Below, piece after piece: positions 9,777 through 19,898 of a DNA stretch of 64,000 nt (position 1 is the stretch's first letter; every line of letters starts with the position of its first letter). This DNA is from an uncultured Anaerolineales bacterium (GTDB lineage: Bacteria; Chloroflexota; Anaerolineae; UBA2200). The notes below the pieces were generated by a model. That model made no database searches. It had not been told where the DNA came from and saw nothing but the letters and a program-made list of their open reading frames with translations. A program made the translations under genes and the position numbers. The stretch spans positions 22,975-86,974 of the forward strand of contig CAYZGO010000007.1 in NCBI GenBank assembly GCA_964478075.1, written 5' to 3'.

Positions 9777-11091
9777 TCAGGAGGCCATCATAGCCGGCAG
9801 GGTCGAGCCGGCGTGGGGCATGACAGCCAGCAAAGCTGCCTGCCCCATTTCACTTTGTGCAGCAGCCGGCGCTTCTTGAGCTGAGGCATAAGGCTCAAAA
9901 CCCATGGCCCGCACTAGCCCGGCATCCAGCGAAGAGACGAGAAAGATGCGCACACGCCGTCTTCGTATCTTGGCGATAGCTGCAGCCTTGTGACCGCCAA
10001 GCACAAATCGCTCCTGCAAGCGCCGGAGCAATTCATCGGGCGAATCCGCGCACGTCATCCACTCAGCGAAGCGGGAATGGCCAATGCCCTCTCCACACTC
10101 TGCCACGAGGATGATGATTCCGCCATCCCGAACAGCGTGAGCCGCATTCTCCAACGACTTATGTGCCTGGTACAGGTTAAGGTCCTTAGGCCATCCACCT
10201 GCACTGGCCAGCACAATGCCGGCCTGTTCAGCAAGCGGTACACGGTACAATTCATCAACTTTGCGGCAGCCCTGACGGTGTGCCAGAGTCACATCGCCAG
10301 CCGCAGGTTCCACGATGCGCTGATGGCCATCCAGCACCACGTCGAGAAGAAACGACGGGCCAACGAGTGCTGCGGCTTCCTCAATGTCTTCACGCACAGG
10401 GTTGCCTTCTATGCGTCCAGCAGCCGCGCTGTCCCGCACCATCCAGGAGTGATTGGCGCTGATCGTCTCCAGGCTGCAAACGCAGGGCAGCAGCGCCTTG
10501 GCGCCGCCTGTGTAGCCCGCAAAGTAATGGTATTCGATATTGCCTACGTACACGCGCCAGTCCGCCTCGACAACAGGACGGAACACCTGTACCGGTGTGC
10601 CTCGCCTGGTGTGTCCCACCTCGACAGACTGCTCACGGTTTACGTCCCCACAGCGTATTCGCCTGAAGAGCGCTTTGCCGACCAAGCGGGCCTGTTCTCC
10701 GGCAGTGTGCGGGCGGTGGCTGCCGAGGGCAAAGACGACACGGATGTCCTTTTCACACACGCCCGCTTGTGCAAGCTCGGACAGGAGAAGCGGGAGCAGG
10801 CGAGCGGTAGGGCAGGGTAATATCGCTGACCACGATGGCAACTCGTTGACCACGACGCACCAGCCGGCTCAAGCGAGCCATGCCATAGGGCACCTCGAGC
10901 GCACGGCGGATCAACGCCTCCTCGGAGGCTCGCGCTGAAGACGGCTGCCGTTCAGTGAGCAGCATCACGTCACGTTTCGGCAGCGACACTGTAAGCGTCG
11001 AGTTGCCATAGGCCAAGTTTATGCGGTTCAAGTACACCTCCAGAGTTGTCCTGACCAGGAGTAGTGCCGGCAAGCACATGCCTTGGCACAC
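9777..11091 (-). pseudogene. LarA-like (lactate racemase / DUF2088 family) gene split by a single frameshift near 10825. It is either a pseudogene or a sequencing error.
   Basis: The N-terminal 112 aa (10753..11091) ends ...RGQRVAIVVSDITLPYR. The C-terminal 358 aa (9777..10853) continues ILPCPTARLL...FALGSHRPHTAGEQ and contains the NIEYHYFAGYTGGAKALLPGV motif of the LarA family. The two frames overlap over 10753-10853. Confidence 0.6.
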
Positions 11092-11295
11092 CCATTATAC
11101 GGCGCTATGACTTAGGAACAAGCTGCCCCCCACATCGTGCGCTTTGGCGTTTGCTGCTGCATCTGCTATGCTTGGAAACGGGAGAACGGTAATGGGCAAT
11201 GAGGAGTACACCCCAAGGGTGCAAATCACGACCACGCTGTCCTCCGACACCACACCCGAGGCGGAGCGAGTGCTGATCAACCTGGCCCGACGCAT

Positions 11296-11970
11296 GCCGC
11301 CCTGGCGCATTCGCATCACTCGTTATGCAAGAGCCGGTGATCTGTCACTGCTTTTGGTTCTGGGCCACCTTTGTCCCTGGGGCCACCTTTGTCCCCGGGG
11401 CCAAAGACCCAGGGGAAGACCCAGGGCGAGCGCAGCAACCAAGGGGGGTCCCCGAAGCGAAGCGGAGTGGGGCGAAGCAATCCCCTCTCACCGACAGGTG
11501 CAGATTGGTTCGTCGCTGCGCTCCTACTAAGAAGGTCCAGTGTCGTTGCCTTTGGTCCTGGGGCCAAAGACCCAGGGGAAGACCCAGGGCGAGCGCAGCA
11601 ACCAACGGGAGTCCCCGAAGGGAAGCGGAGTGGGGCGAAGCAATCTCCCTCTCAGCCATAGGTGGAGATTGCTTCCTCGCTGCGCTCGTCGCAATGACAG
11701 ATCGGATGTTCTTACACAATGAGTGGCGCGGATGCGTCATGGAAAACCTCGCAGTGACATCACCCGCCTTTGTTTCTTGGTAGCGACACTTGCATCTGCG
11801 CTGCAAGTTCAGATGAGCGAAGGATCTCAGTCGTAGGGAAGCGAGATTCCCTTCCGCGTAGCGTCTCCCCCGTCAGGGAGTCTTCGCCTCCCTGCGGGGC
11901 GAACGGCGCCGCTCGCGGCGGACGGCGGACGGGCTCAGTGCGGGCTTCACTGCGTTCAGAATGAGAGCCT
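11296..11970. repeat. Copy B of the same structured repeat element, with a duplicated hairpin core and a 3' extension
   Basis: GGCGCATTCGCATCACTCGTTATGCAAGAGCCGGTGATCTGTCACTGC aligns to copy A at 6935-6990. There are two GCGAAGCAATC...AGATTG(G/C)TTC units (about 11470-11510 and 11640-11680), and the tail ACATCACCCGCCTTTGTTTCTTGGTAGCGAC ... GAGATTCCCTTC ... TTCAGAATGAGAGC matches A at 7135-7305. The six-frame ORFs in this region are artefacts of the repeats. Confidence 0.7.
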
Positions 11971-12013
11971 TGTGACTTTTTCAACACAGCCGCCATCTCT
12001 GATTTGACGAAGA

Positions 12014-12042
12014 TGGCATCCAGGCGTATATTATCGAGTAGC
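12014..12042 (+). promoter_or_regulatory. Putative promoter (TTGACG-N17-TATATT) for padR, overlapping an ATCG...CGAT inverted repeat
   Basis: TTGACGAAGATGGCATCCAGGCGTATATTATCGAGTAGCGATAACGAT lies immediately upstream of padR. The ATCGAGTAGCGATAACGAT dyad is a possible operator. Confidence 0.35.
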
Positions 12043-12083
12043 GATAACGATGTCCGATAATAAAATCAGCGAGGAAGGTGTTA

Positions 12084-12448
12084 CTATGTTGCAAGAATTC
12101 TTCCGCGGCTTTATCAAGATTCGCATCCTGCACCACGCCGAAGAAGCGCCGGTATACGGCCTGCAGATGGCCGCGGAACTGGAGCGCCACGGCTACAAGA
12201 ACCTCAGCCCCGGCACGCTCTATCCCGCCCTGCACAGCCTGGAAAGCGCAGGATACCTGACTTCGCAGCGCAGGCTGGCCGCGGGACGGTGGCGCAAGTA
12301 CTATACACTCACGCCCAAGGGGCAAGAAAGGCTGCAACAAATGCGCGTCAAACTGCGCGAACTGGCTGATGAAGTGCTACAGAGTACTGCGCAAAAAGCC
12401 AAACCAAGATCGCCTTTTTTGCGCAATAATCCGGTGCGAGGCGTTTAG
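12084..12448 (+). CDS. PadR family transcriptional regulator
   Basis: Winged-helix PadR signature IRILHHAEEAPVYGLQMAAELERHGY...SPGTLYPALHSLESAGYL...RKYYTLTPKG. RBS AGGAAGG before the ATG at 12084. The longer ORF from 12050 is probably an N-terminal overcall. Confidence 0.8.
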
Positions 12449-12495
12449 CAATCCGTGCACGACGCGGTAGAGCACAAGGAGAACAGGAGGTAACC

Positions 12496-13752
12496 ATGCC
12501 CACGACAACGAACAAGCAAGACGCAGTACCCTGGTGGCGCAAACTAGACCGCAACATCTGGGCGACCAGCCTGACGAGCTTTTTCATGGACATCTCCAGC
12601 GAGATGGTCATCAATCTCGTGCCACTGTTCCTGTCGAACGTACTGGGCGTCAAGACGAACATCATTGGACTCATCGAGGGCGTAGCTGAAGCGACTGCCA
12701 GCCTGCTCAAGGTCTTTTCCGGGTGGCTCTCCGACAAGCTGCGCCAGCGCAAGTGGCTGGCTGTCGCCGGGTACGGCATCTCGACTCTGGCCAAACCCTT
12801 CTTCTACGTGGCCAATTCCTGGCTGGCTGTCGCTGGGGTGCGCTGGGCCGACCGCTTCGGCAAGGGCATTCGCACTGCACCACGCGACGCACTGGTCGCC
12901 GACTCGGTCAGCGAGGAACAGCGCGGCCTGGCCTTTGGCTTCCATCGCGCCGCTGACACTGGCGGTGCGCTGCTGGGCATCCTCATCGCGCTCTTTGTGG
13001 TTTGGTCCAGCCAGACGACGAGTCTGGGCCTGGCCGAAACGAGTTTCCGCACTGTGGTGCTGGTCAGCCTCATTCCGGCCGTGTTGGCAGTGCTCTCGCT
13101 GGCGCTTGGCGCACGAGACGTACCTGTCACCAAGCAGCGTGCCGCACCAAAGTTCGCCTTCCGCAGCCTGGGCAAGCCCTTCATGATCTTTATGCTCATC
13201 GTGGGCCTGTTCGACCTGGGCAACTCCTCAGATGCCTTCCTGATCTTGCGTGCACAGGAGCGCGGCCTGAACGTATTGGGCGTCCTCGGCATGTTGGCCA
13301 CATTCAACCTGGTCTACGCTTTGGTGTCTACGCCCGCAGGGTCACTCTCAGACCGGATCGGGAGACGCAGGCTGCTCGTCGGCGGCTGGCTCATCTACGC
13401 ACTGATCTACTTCGGTTTTGCGCTGGCAGGGCGGGGCTGGCAGGTATGGGCGCTGTATGCCATGTACGGCGTCTACTATGGCCTGACCTATGGCACGGCC
13501 AAAGCCATGGTAGCGGACATTGTGCCACAGGCCCTGCGCGGCACGGCATACGGCACCTATAATGCCATGTTGGGGCTGCTTGATTTCCCGGCCTCACTCA
13601 TCGCGGGGCTGCTGTGGGATGGCCTACCGGCCCTGGGCTGGACGGGGTTCGGCGCGCCAGCGCCGTTCTTCTTCGGTGCAACAATGGCCCTGCTCGCCAC
13701 CATCGCCATGTGGCTGTGGAAGCCGCAGGCAGACGCGAAGGCAACAGCGTGA
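12496..13752 (+). CDS. MFS transporter
   Basis: 418 aa with 12 predicted TM helices and the MFS loop motif GWLSDKLRQRKW. RBS GGAGG present. Confidence 0.8.
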   Translation: MPTTTNKQDAVPWWRKLDRNIWATSLTSFFMDISSEMVINLVPLFLSNVLGVKTNIIGLIEGVAEATASLLKVFSGWLSDKLRQRKWLAVAGYGISTLAKPFFYVANSWLAVAGVRWADRFGKGIRTAPRDALVADSVSEEQRGLAFGFHRAADTGGALLGILIALFVVWSSQTTSLGLAETSFRTVVLVSLIPAVLAVLSLALGARDVPVTKQRAAPKFAFRSLGKPFMIFMLIVGLFDLGNSSDAFLILRAQERGLNVLGVLGMLATFNLVYALVSTPAGSLSDRIGRRRLLVGGWLIYALIYFGFALAGRGWQVWALYAMYGVYYGLTYGTAKAMVADIVPQALRGTAYGTYNAMLGLLDFPASLIAGLLWDGLPALGWTGFGAPAPFFFGATMALLATIAMWLWKPQADAKATA

Positions 13753-13833
13753 TCTAAAGTCCACGGGGACGACAAACCTGCTTTCTGCCAGAAATCGGGT
13801 CTGTAATCTGGGGCAGAGGATACTCTCTCCCCC

Positions 13834-15195
13834 TTGTGCTTGTGCCATCATCTTTATCGAACGTCACGAACAGGTGACGGCTGCGCTCATTGCAACTCTG
13901 TGAAAGGCAGCAATAGAACTGTGCTTCCATCCAAGGCGCTGGGATACATCCGAAATACGTATGAAGAGTACCCTTTGCGGTTCTGGATACTCCTCCTGGG
14001 AACCTTCATAGACCGGCTTGGCGCGGCGCTTGTGTTCCCCTTCCTTACACTGTACATCACGGACAAGTTCGGGGTAGGCATGACCGAGGTTGGATTGGGC
14101 ATTGGCGTCTTTTCGCTGACCAACATGCTAGGCGCTATGCTTGGCGGCGCACTGACGGACCGCGTGGGACGGAAGGTGACCTTGGTCTTTGGACTGGTGG
14201 TCAGCGCCCTGACCAGCTTGCTCCTGGGGATGGCGGACTCGGTCGGAGCCTTGTTTGCCAGCCTATGTATCGTGGGATTGTTCGCCAACGTCGGAGGTCC
14301 CGCGCAGCAAGCGATGGTCGCCGATTTGCTGCCGGACGAGAAACGGGCCCAGGGCTTCAGTCTTCTGCGCGTCGTGGCAAACCTGTCTTTCGCCATCGGT
14401 GCCGCGATTGGAGGGCTGCTGGCTGTCCGGTCCTATCTGTTGCTGTTCATTGCTGATGCTGTGACGAGCTTGATCACTGCCGCCATCGCGTATGCTTTCC
14501 TTGTCGAGACAAAGCCTGCGTCACGTGGCGACGCACGGCACGAGACCATTCTCCAGACACTGCGCGGCTATAGAGTCGTGGCCAGAGACGCCAAGTTCGT
14601 GGCGTTTGGACTCGTCACCATCCTGCCGATAATCGTGTCCCTGCAGATGAACACTACCCTGGGCGTCTACCTGCGGAATACTCGTGGTGTGTCCGCGCAG
14701 AGATTCGGATACATCTTAAGCCTCAACGCAACCATGGTTGTGCTGCTGCAGTTCTACATCACTCGCCGCCTCCAAGGCTGGCCGCCATTCATTGTGATGG
14801 CGGTCGGCTGTCTCCTGTACGGATTGGGGTTCAGTCTGTACGGATTCGTGACAGCCTATGGCCTCTTCTTGCTGGCGATGGCGATCATCACGATTGGGGA
14901 GATGCTGACCTTTCCAACAGCTCAGGCTCTGGTTGCTCGGATGGCACCAGAGGACATGCGCGGGCGGTACATGGCGTCCTTTGGGTTCACCTGGACTATT
15001 GCTGCAGCCGTTGGACCTCTCCTCGCGGGGCTGATCATGGACAGGGCTGATCCGCGTTGGGTCTGGTATTGTGCCGGCCTGGTGGACTTGGTGGCAACCC
15101 TGGGATTCAGCCTGCTGCATCGCTGGATCGGTGTTTCGGTCACCGATGGAGGAACTAGGACGGCTGGCGCCGTGGATGATGCGCGCGCCCTGTAG
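13834..15195 (+). CDS. MFS transporter. The start codon is uncertain and may be downstream.
   Basis: 453 aa with 12-14 TM helices and the MFS motifs LTDRVGRK and GRYMASFG. Confidence 0.75.
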   Translation: MCLCHHLYRTSRTGDGCAHCNSVKGSNRTVLPSKALGYIRNTYEEYPLRFWILLLGTFIDRLGAALVFPFLTLYITDKFGVGMTEVGLGIGVFSLTNMLGAMLGGALTDRVGRKVTLVFGLVVSALTSLLLGMADSVGALFASLCIVGLFANVGGPAQQAMVADLLPDEKRAQGFSLLRVVANLSFAIGAAIGGLLAVRSYLLLFIADAVTSLITAAIAYAFLVETKPASRGDARHETILQTLRGYRVVARDAKFVAFGLVTILPIIVSLQMNTTLGVYLRNTRGVSAQRFGYILSLNATMVVLLQFYITRRLQGWPPFIVMAVGCLLYGLGFSLYGFVTAYGLFLLAMAIITIGEMLTFPTAQALVARMAPEDMRGRYMASFGFTWTIAAAVGPLLAGLIMDRADPRWVWYCAGLVDLVATLGFSLLHRWIGVSVTDGGTRTAGAVDDARAL

Positions 15196-15381
15196 CTCCG
15201 AACGTAACCTGAGCCCTGCAGCCGGGGGCTTCACGGTCTAGTCCCGTAGATAGGCTCACTGACAGGCGATTGCTTGCAGGAGTTCCCGCTTCCCCGGGCG
15301 GCCTTGTGGCGGAGAAGCGGAAGCCTGACCCGATGCTCCCAGCGTATTGTCCCCGAGTTGTGTAGAGTTCTGCGAGCGGTC

Positions 15382-15409
15382 GTAGAGACGTAGCATGCTA
15401 CGTCTCTAC
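15382..15409. terminator. Perfect 28-bp palindrome between the convergent MFS and recQ genes. It is a candidate bidirectional terminator but has no U-tract.
   Basis: GTAGAGACGTAGCATGCTACGTCTCTAC. Confidence 0.4.
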
Positions 15410-15459
15410 AGCTTTGGAATGGACCCAGTCGATACTGTGACGCTCTTGCCAAAGTGTAC

Positions 15460-18400
15460 CTACTGTGCCGTCTTCTTTCGTACTAACGCCAGCAGGTCCG
15501 CCCCATATTTCTCCAGCGTGCGCTTACCTATGCCCTTGATAGCGAGCAACTCGCGTTCGGTACGAGGGCACAGTGCGGCAATGCGTTGCAGCACCGAATC
15601 GTGCGCAATCACGAAGGCTGGCATACTTGCCGCACGGGCCGTCTCTCGCCGCCAGGTACGCAGTCGTTGGAACACCTCGTCATCATCGGCAACGGGTGGA
15701 GCGTCCTCTGATGCGTCTACGCTCTTCTTTTTCCGGCGCGAGGTCGTCTTTCGCTGCGCTGGTGGTCTGGCCGCAGGCTTGGGAGCCAGTGCGTGCAACA
15801 CAGCAGGCTTGCGCAGCGCCTGGTGACCAGCGGAGGTGAGTTCAAGCATCACGCCGCCATGCTCCAGTCGGCGTGTGCGCAGCAGCCTGGCCGTGAGCAG
15901 ACGCTCCAGCATGCGCTTGATCGCCGCGTCGGAGCGAAAGGCCAGCGCCCCGAAAGCAGGCTGTTGGTGCGAAGACTCTGGCGCTTCCGGATGCCCGCGC
16001 AAGATACGTATCAGATTGCCCCGCCCCCAGCCATGGGACGCTGCCAGGCAATGCAGGATAGTCTGGAACTGCTCCCATTCGTCTGGCAGGCCGTGATCCA
16101 GGGGCAGCGGGGCCAGATCCAGACAATTGTCGCAGGCAGTGCATTGTGTGATAGTCCGTCCGCCGAGGTAGGCGCTGATGTGTCCGTGGCGACAGCGCTG
16201 CGTCTTGGCGTAGGCCACGATTTCGGCTACGCGCTGGCCTTGCACCTTCTCGTACTGTTCCAGCAAAACGCTGAGCCGCTCGTGAGCGTCTTCGGGAGGT
16301 GGCAGCACTTCCAGCAGAGGATCGCGCCCCGAAGATCGGCACTCTAACCAGCCAGCATCGGCCCAGGCCAGCAGGCGGCGCTCCAGAATCCTTACATCCA
16401 GATGTGCCTGGCGTCCCACCTCGAACAGATCCAGCCCCAGTGGCTGGCCGGGCCGCAGACGGGCGGCGTGGCAGAACGCTGCCAACTCTGGCTCATCATT
16501 CGGTAGGGCGCTTGTCAGGCGCACGGTTGTCCTTCGCGGCGCATCTTGCCAGCGCCGCAAGAGGCCTACTTGCTGCAGCAAACTGATTGCTACCCGCACC
16601 GGTGTCTCTTCGGCCTGCACGTCGCGCCGCAGGTCGTCAATGGCCACGCGACCAGGCGATGCCCCGTGCAAGTGCCGTTTCACAGAAGCGTAGACCTGAC
16701 GAAGAAAGTCCTCTGGCAGCGCATCTTGCCGTGCGTGCCTGGTAAGAGTGGCCCGATCTGATGAGGCGTACATCAGCACACAGCGGGCAGGCAGTCCATC
16801 GCGCCCGGCACGTCCCGCCTCTTGGTAGTACGACTCTAACGAAGGCGGTGGCACAAAATGCACAATGAAGCGGATATCGGGTTTGTCAATACCCAGGCCA
16901 AAGGCAACGGTGGCCACGATAACACGCACGCGGCCGCTCATAAATTCGTCCTGTACAGCAGCCCGGTTAGGGACGCCAGCGTGGTAGTGGGTTGCGGAGA
17001 TTCCCTGACTGCGCAGCAAAGCTGCCAGTTCCTCGCATCGCACGCGGGTACCAGCATAGACAATCCCTCCGCCAGGCTCACTGCGGCAGAAGGCCAGCAG
17101 GTAGCGCAATTTGTGGTCACTGTTACGCGCGATAAAGACCTCCAGACGCAGGTTGGGCCGCAGCACATCGCCCGCGATGACACGCATATCTCCCATGCGG
17201 CGGATGATGTCACGACGCACTCTGGGCGCGGCAGTGGCTGTCATGGCCAGAAGGGGAGGATTGCCCAACGCCTGGCGAGCTTCAGCGATGTACAGATAAT
17301 CAGGCCGAAAATCGTGGCCCCACATGCTGACGCAGTGCACTTCATCAATCACCAGGCGATTCACGCCAGCACAGCGCAAAGCGTGCAAGAACAATGGCTG
17401 GCGCAGCCGCTCCGGAGCAGCGTAGACCAGCCGGTAGCCGCCAGCTCTGATCCTGCGCAAGCGGCGACATAGTTCGTCACCTCTCAGGGTAGAGTTGATC
17501 GTCGTCGCCAGCCGGCTTGCCTGAGACGGCAGTTTGTCCACTTGATCTTTCATCAAGGCGATAAGTGGAGAGATGACGAGTGTTGTCCCTGATTCGGCCA
17601 ACAGTGCTGGCAGTTGGTAGCACAGCGATTTGCCGCCGCCGGTAGGTAGCACCGCTAACACGTCCTCCCCGCGCATAGCACAGGCCATGATCTCAGCCTG
17701 GCCAGGCAAAAAGTCCTCATGGCCAAAAAAGCGCCTGGCAGCAGCCAGCAGTTGGGCCCTCTCTTGCGACGAGACCGAAACGGTCTCGAAGGAGTCGAGC
17801 GGTTTGGCGGGGGCCTTTGCTCGCTGCGCCACTTGGATTGGCTCTGGCTCTACCTGCCCTGGTAAGTGACGTCCAAACTCAGTCGCTATCGCTTCCTGAA
17901 GGTCGGCCAACTCTGCAGCGTAACGCGTTGCCAGTTCCGTCTCGATGTCGGCAGCGCGGTTTGTCTCTCCGCTGGCCTCAAAATAGGCGTGCAGCCGCCG
18001 TAGGTGGGTCACTGCCAAGGGCTTCTCCGCAGCCGCCGCTTCCTGCAAGCGCACGGCATAGGCGCTGGCGGCTACCCAGTTGCCCTGAACCTGGTGGATG
18101 GCCATCGTACCCAGAAGGTAAGCGCGGCTGTCCGGGCGTATCTCGTTCAGGCGGCGGTATGCGGCGCGGGCGGCTGCGTGATCACCCGCTGCCAATTGAA
18201 CTTCGCCAAGCAGACTCCAGGGCGCAGCTTTGTCTCCTGCTTCTGTAACCAGTGTCCGTGCGATCTCCAGTGCAGCCTGTACGTCATGCCGCGCCAGATG
18301 GATGCGTGCGACGAATGCTTGAGATGACATGGAGGTTCTCAACTGATGCCGTTTGCGCATCGTGTCCAACGCAGCGTCTGGCAAGCCCTCGTTAAGGAAC

Positions 18401-18591
18401 ATCCGTGCCTGCACGTCCAGTAACGAGACCAGACTTGGATTGGCCGGAAGCAGCTCGTCCAGAGAGGCGGCAAGGGCCGCATGGTGCTTCCAGCGCAGAA
18501 GAAAGTACACCAGATGGCTGCGTAGGCGGCCTGGCAACTGCAGCGTTTGTCCTGGAGTCAGGCCGAGTTCGAGCAGAACATCAGCGGGCAT
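15460..18591 (-). CDS. recQ: RecQ-family DNA helicase with an N-terminal helical/TPR-like extension of about 270 aa
   Basis: 1043 aa. Helicase motifs LPTGGGKSLCYQLPALL, DEVHCVSMWGHDFRPDY and the RecQ Zn-binding Cys cluster (CRHGH...CTACDNC). C-terminal HRDC domain (DEVFQRLRTWRRETA...IKGIGKRTLEKYG). Residues 1-270 are helical repeats with no helicase motifs. Confidence 0.85.
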   Translation of the reverse strand: MPADVLLELGLTPGQTLQLPGRLRSHLVYFLLRWKHHAALAASLDELLPANPSLVSLLDVQARMFLNEGLPDAALDTMRKRHQLRTSMSSQAFVARIHLARHDVQAALEIARTLVTEAGDKAAPWSLLGEVQLAAGDHAAARAAYRRLNEIRPDSRAYLLGTMAIHQVQGNWVAASAYAVRLQEAAAAEKPLAVTHLRRLHAYFEASGETNRAADIETELATRYAAELADLQEAIATEFGRHLPGQVEPEPIQVAQRAKAPAKPLDSFETVSVSSQERAQLLAAARRFFGHEDFLPGQAEIMACAMRGEDVLAVLPTGGGKSLCYQLPALLAESGTTLVISPLIALMKDQVDKLPSQASRLATTINSTLRGDELCRRLRRIRAGGYRLVYAAPERLRQPLFLHALRCAGVNRLVIDEVHCVSMWGHDFRPDYLYIAEARQALGNPPLLAMTATAAPRVRRDIIRRMGDMRVIAGDVLRPNLRLEVFIARNSDHKLRYLLAFCRSEPGGGIVYAGTRVRCEELAALLRSQGISATHYHAGVPNRAAVQDEFMSGRVRVIVATVAFGLGIDKPDIRFIVHFVPPPSLESYYQEAGRAGRDGLPARCVLMYASSDRATLTRHARQDALPEDFLRQVYASVKRHLHGASPGRVAIDDLRRDVQAEETPVRVAISLLQQVGLLRRWQDAPRRTTVRLTSALPNDEPELAAFCHAARLRPGQPLGLDLFEVGRQAHLDVRILERRLLAWADAGWLECRSSGRDPLLEVLPPPEDAHERLSVLLEQYEKVQGQRVAEIVAYAKTQRCRHGHISAYLGGRTITQCTACDNCLDLAPLPLDHGLPDEWEQFQTILHCLAASHGWGRGNLIRILRGHPEAPESSHQQPAFGALAFRSDAAIKRMLERLLTARLLRTRRLEHGGVMLELTSAGHQALRKPAVLHALAPKPAARPPAQRKTTSRRKKKSVDASEDAPPVADDDEVFQRLRTWRRETARAASMPAFVIAHDSVLQRIAALCPRTERELLAIKGIGKRTLEKYGADLLALVRKKTAQ

Positions 18592-18615
18592 CGCGGTTCC
18601 TCCTTGGGTAGTACT

Positions 18616-19341
18616 TCACAGATTGTCATAATCCACAGCCACCTCATAGTCTGGCACGACGTGTACACCGACTATCAGCGGCCAATATCGGCCCCGGTAT
18701 CTACGGCCCAGGCCCAGCGCCAGGTATATGTCCGTGGCTTGCAAACGGGCGGCCAATTCAGAGCCGTCGAGCACCAGTTCGCTTCCAGATGCGGCTAACC
18801 AAGCGCGTCCCAGAGCACGCCACTTGATGTCAGTCACGGGGACACCTCGTGCGGAGTTGGCACGCTTGAGTCGCAGGTCGCCCAATCTGAAGCCTATGCG
18901 TGCTTCGTACTTGCCGGAGTAAGGGTCTATTGAAAACAGCGCGTGCACTTCATCGGGGCGGACCAGGCAAAGTGAGCGACTGTGGTGGATAAGCACGTCC
19001 TCTGGGGCACGATCGAGGTGGGTGGCAAAGAAACGGGCGCGCCGCTCGCCTTCCAGGCGGCGCAACAGGCGGGGGCGTTGGTAGATGAAATCGGTGAGCC
19101 AGTCCTCTGTATGCGGCGGGTCAGGGCGGGGCTTCTTGAGGTCCAACGCCACCACGTCGCTGCACTCCACGACGCGCCCCGTCTGGTCGGTCATGTCGCC
19201 CAAGAGCACTGTGTCGTGCTCCTTGACTGGACGCACCCAGCGCAGGCCCGTGGTCGCATCTGGCTGTCGAGTGAATCCGGCCGTGCAAATGCCACTTTGC
19301 ATGCGGGTCATGGCTAGAATCAGGACTTCCTCTGTAGGCAT
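18616..19341 (-). CDS. Hypothetical protein (about 242 aa from the RBS-supported start; the ORF extends to 19428), cotranscribed with recQ
   Basis: RBS GGGAGA before the ATG (MPTEEVLILAMTRMQSGICTAGF...). A 24-nt gap separates it from recQ. No motif I can name. Confidence 0.5.
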   Translation of the reverse strand: MPTEEVLILAMTRMQSGICTAGFTRQPDATTGLRWVRPVKEHDTVLLGDMTDQTGRVVECSDVVALDLKKPRPDPPHTEDWLTDFIYQRPRLLRRLEGERRARFFATHLDRAPEDVLIHHSRSLCLVRPDEVHALFSIDPYSGKYEARIGFRLGDLRLKRANSARGVPVTDIKWRALGRAWLAASGSELVLDGSELAARLQATDIYLALGLGRRYRGRYWPLIVGVHVVPDYEVAVDYDNL

Positions 19342-19447
19342 GGCGCTCTCCCATAAGCACCCAACCTCCCGCAGGTTCAGTTTGCGGTAGAGAATCAGGC
19401 AACTTTGTTGGCCAGCCTCTCGACCCAAACCAACGTGCGGGAGGGTT

Positions 19448-19888
19448 TCACAAGTGTACTACAACTAATTCCGCTATGTGAGCGGCCCAGAACTCGGCCA
19501 CAAGACGGCGGTGGCACTGTTCAGGCGTGGCTTCGTAGCACAGCAGGCAGGGGGCACGGTAACGGGCCAGGATATCGCGCCCCACAGCTTCAGCTTGACG
19601 TTCGGCCAGCAACTCCGTGAAACGGGCTACATAACCCGGCCAATCATGATCCTCACTGTAGGTATCCAGAATCTCAGGTGTGGGTGCCAGTTCCGGGTGA
19701 TGCTCGTAAGCGATAGCAAAACCTTGGCGCAGCAGGAAGGCCAGGTCATCGCGCTTGGTATAGCCGGCCAGGTGAGAGGTGTTGCGCAAGCGGACGTCAA
19801 TGACGGCGTCCACTCCCGCTTTCTGCAGCAGACTGATGAACTCCGCCAGAGGACGGCGTTCGTAGCCAATGGTGTATAATGTAGGCAT
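19448..19888 (-). CDS. DUF488 (YeaO-like) family protein
   Basis: MPTLYTIGYERRPLAEFISLLQKAGVDAVIDVRLRNTSH...GFAIAYEHHPELAP fits the DUF488 N-terminal signature. 146 aa. Confidence 0.7.
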   Translation of the reverse strand: MPTLYTIGYERRPLAEFISLLQKAGVDAVIDVRLRNTSHLAGYTKRDDLAFLLRQGFAIAYEHHPELAPTPEILDTYSEDHDWPGYVARFTELLAERQAEAVGRDILARYRAPCLLCYEATPEQCHRRLVAEFWAAHIAELVVVHL

Positions 19889-19898
19889 GGGCGTCTCC

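Noticed and set aside
11144-11806. Several overlapping ORFs of 96-153 aa on both strands (11144..11530, 11325..11783, 11345..11806, 11371..11661).
   Set aside because: All are inside copy B of the repeat element. They mutually overlap in different frames and their repetitive translations mirror the DNA repeats.
16858-17472. A plus-strand ORF of 204 aa and others antisense to recQ.
   Set aside because: The recQ frame carries all the helicase, Zn and HRDC motifs. The antisense ORFs are compositional.
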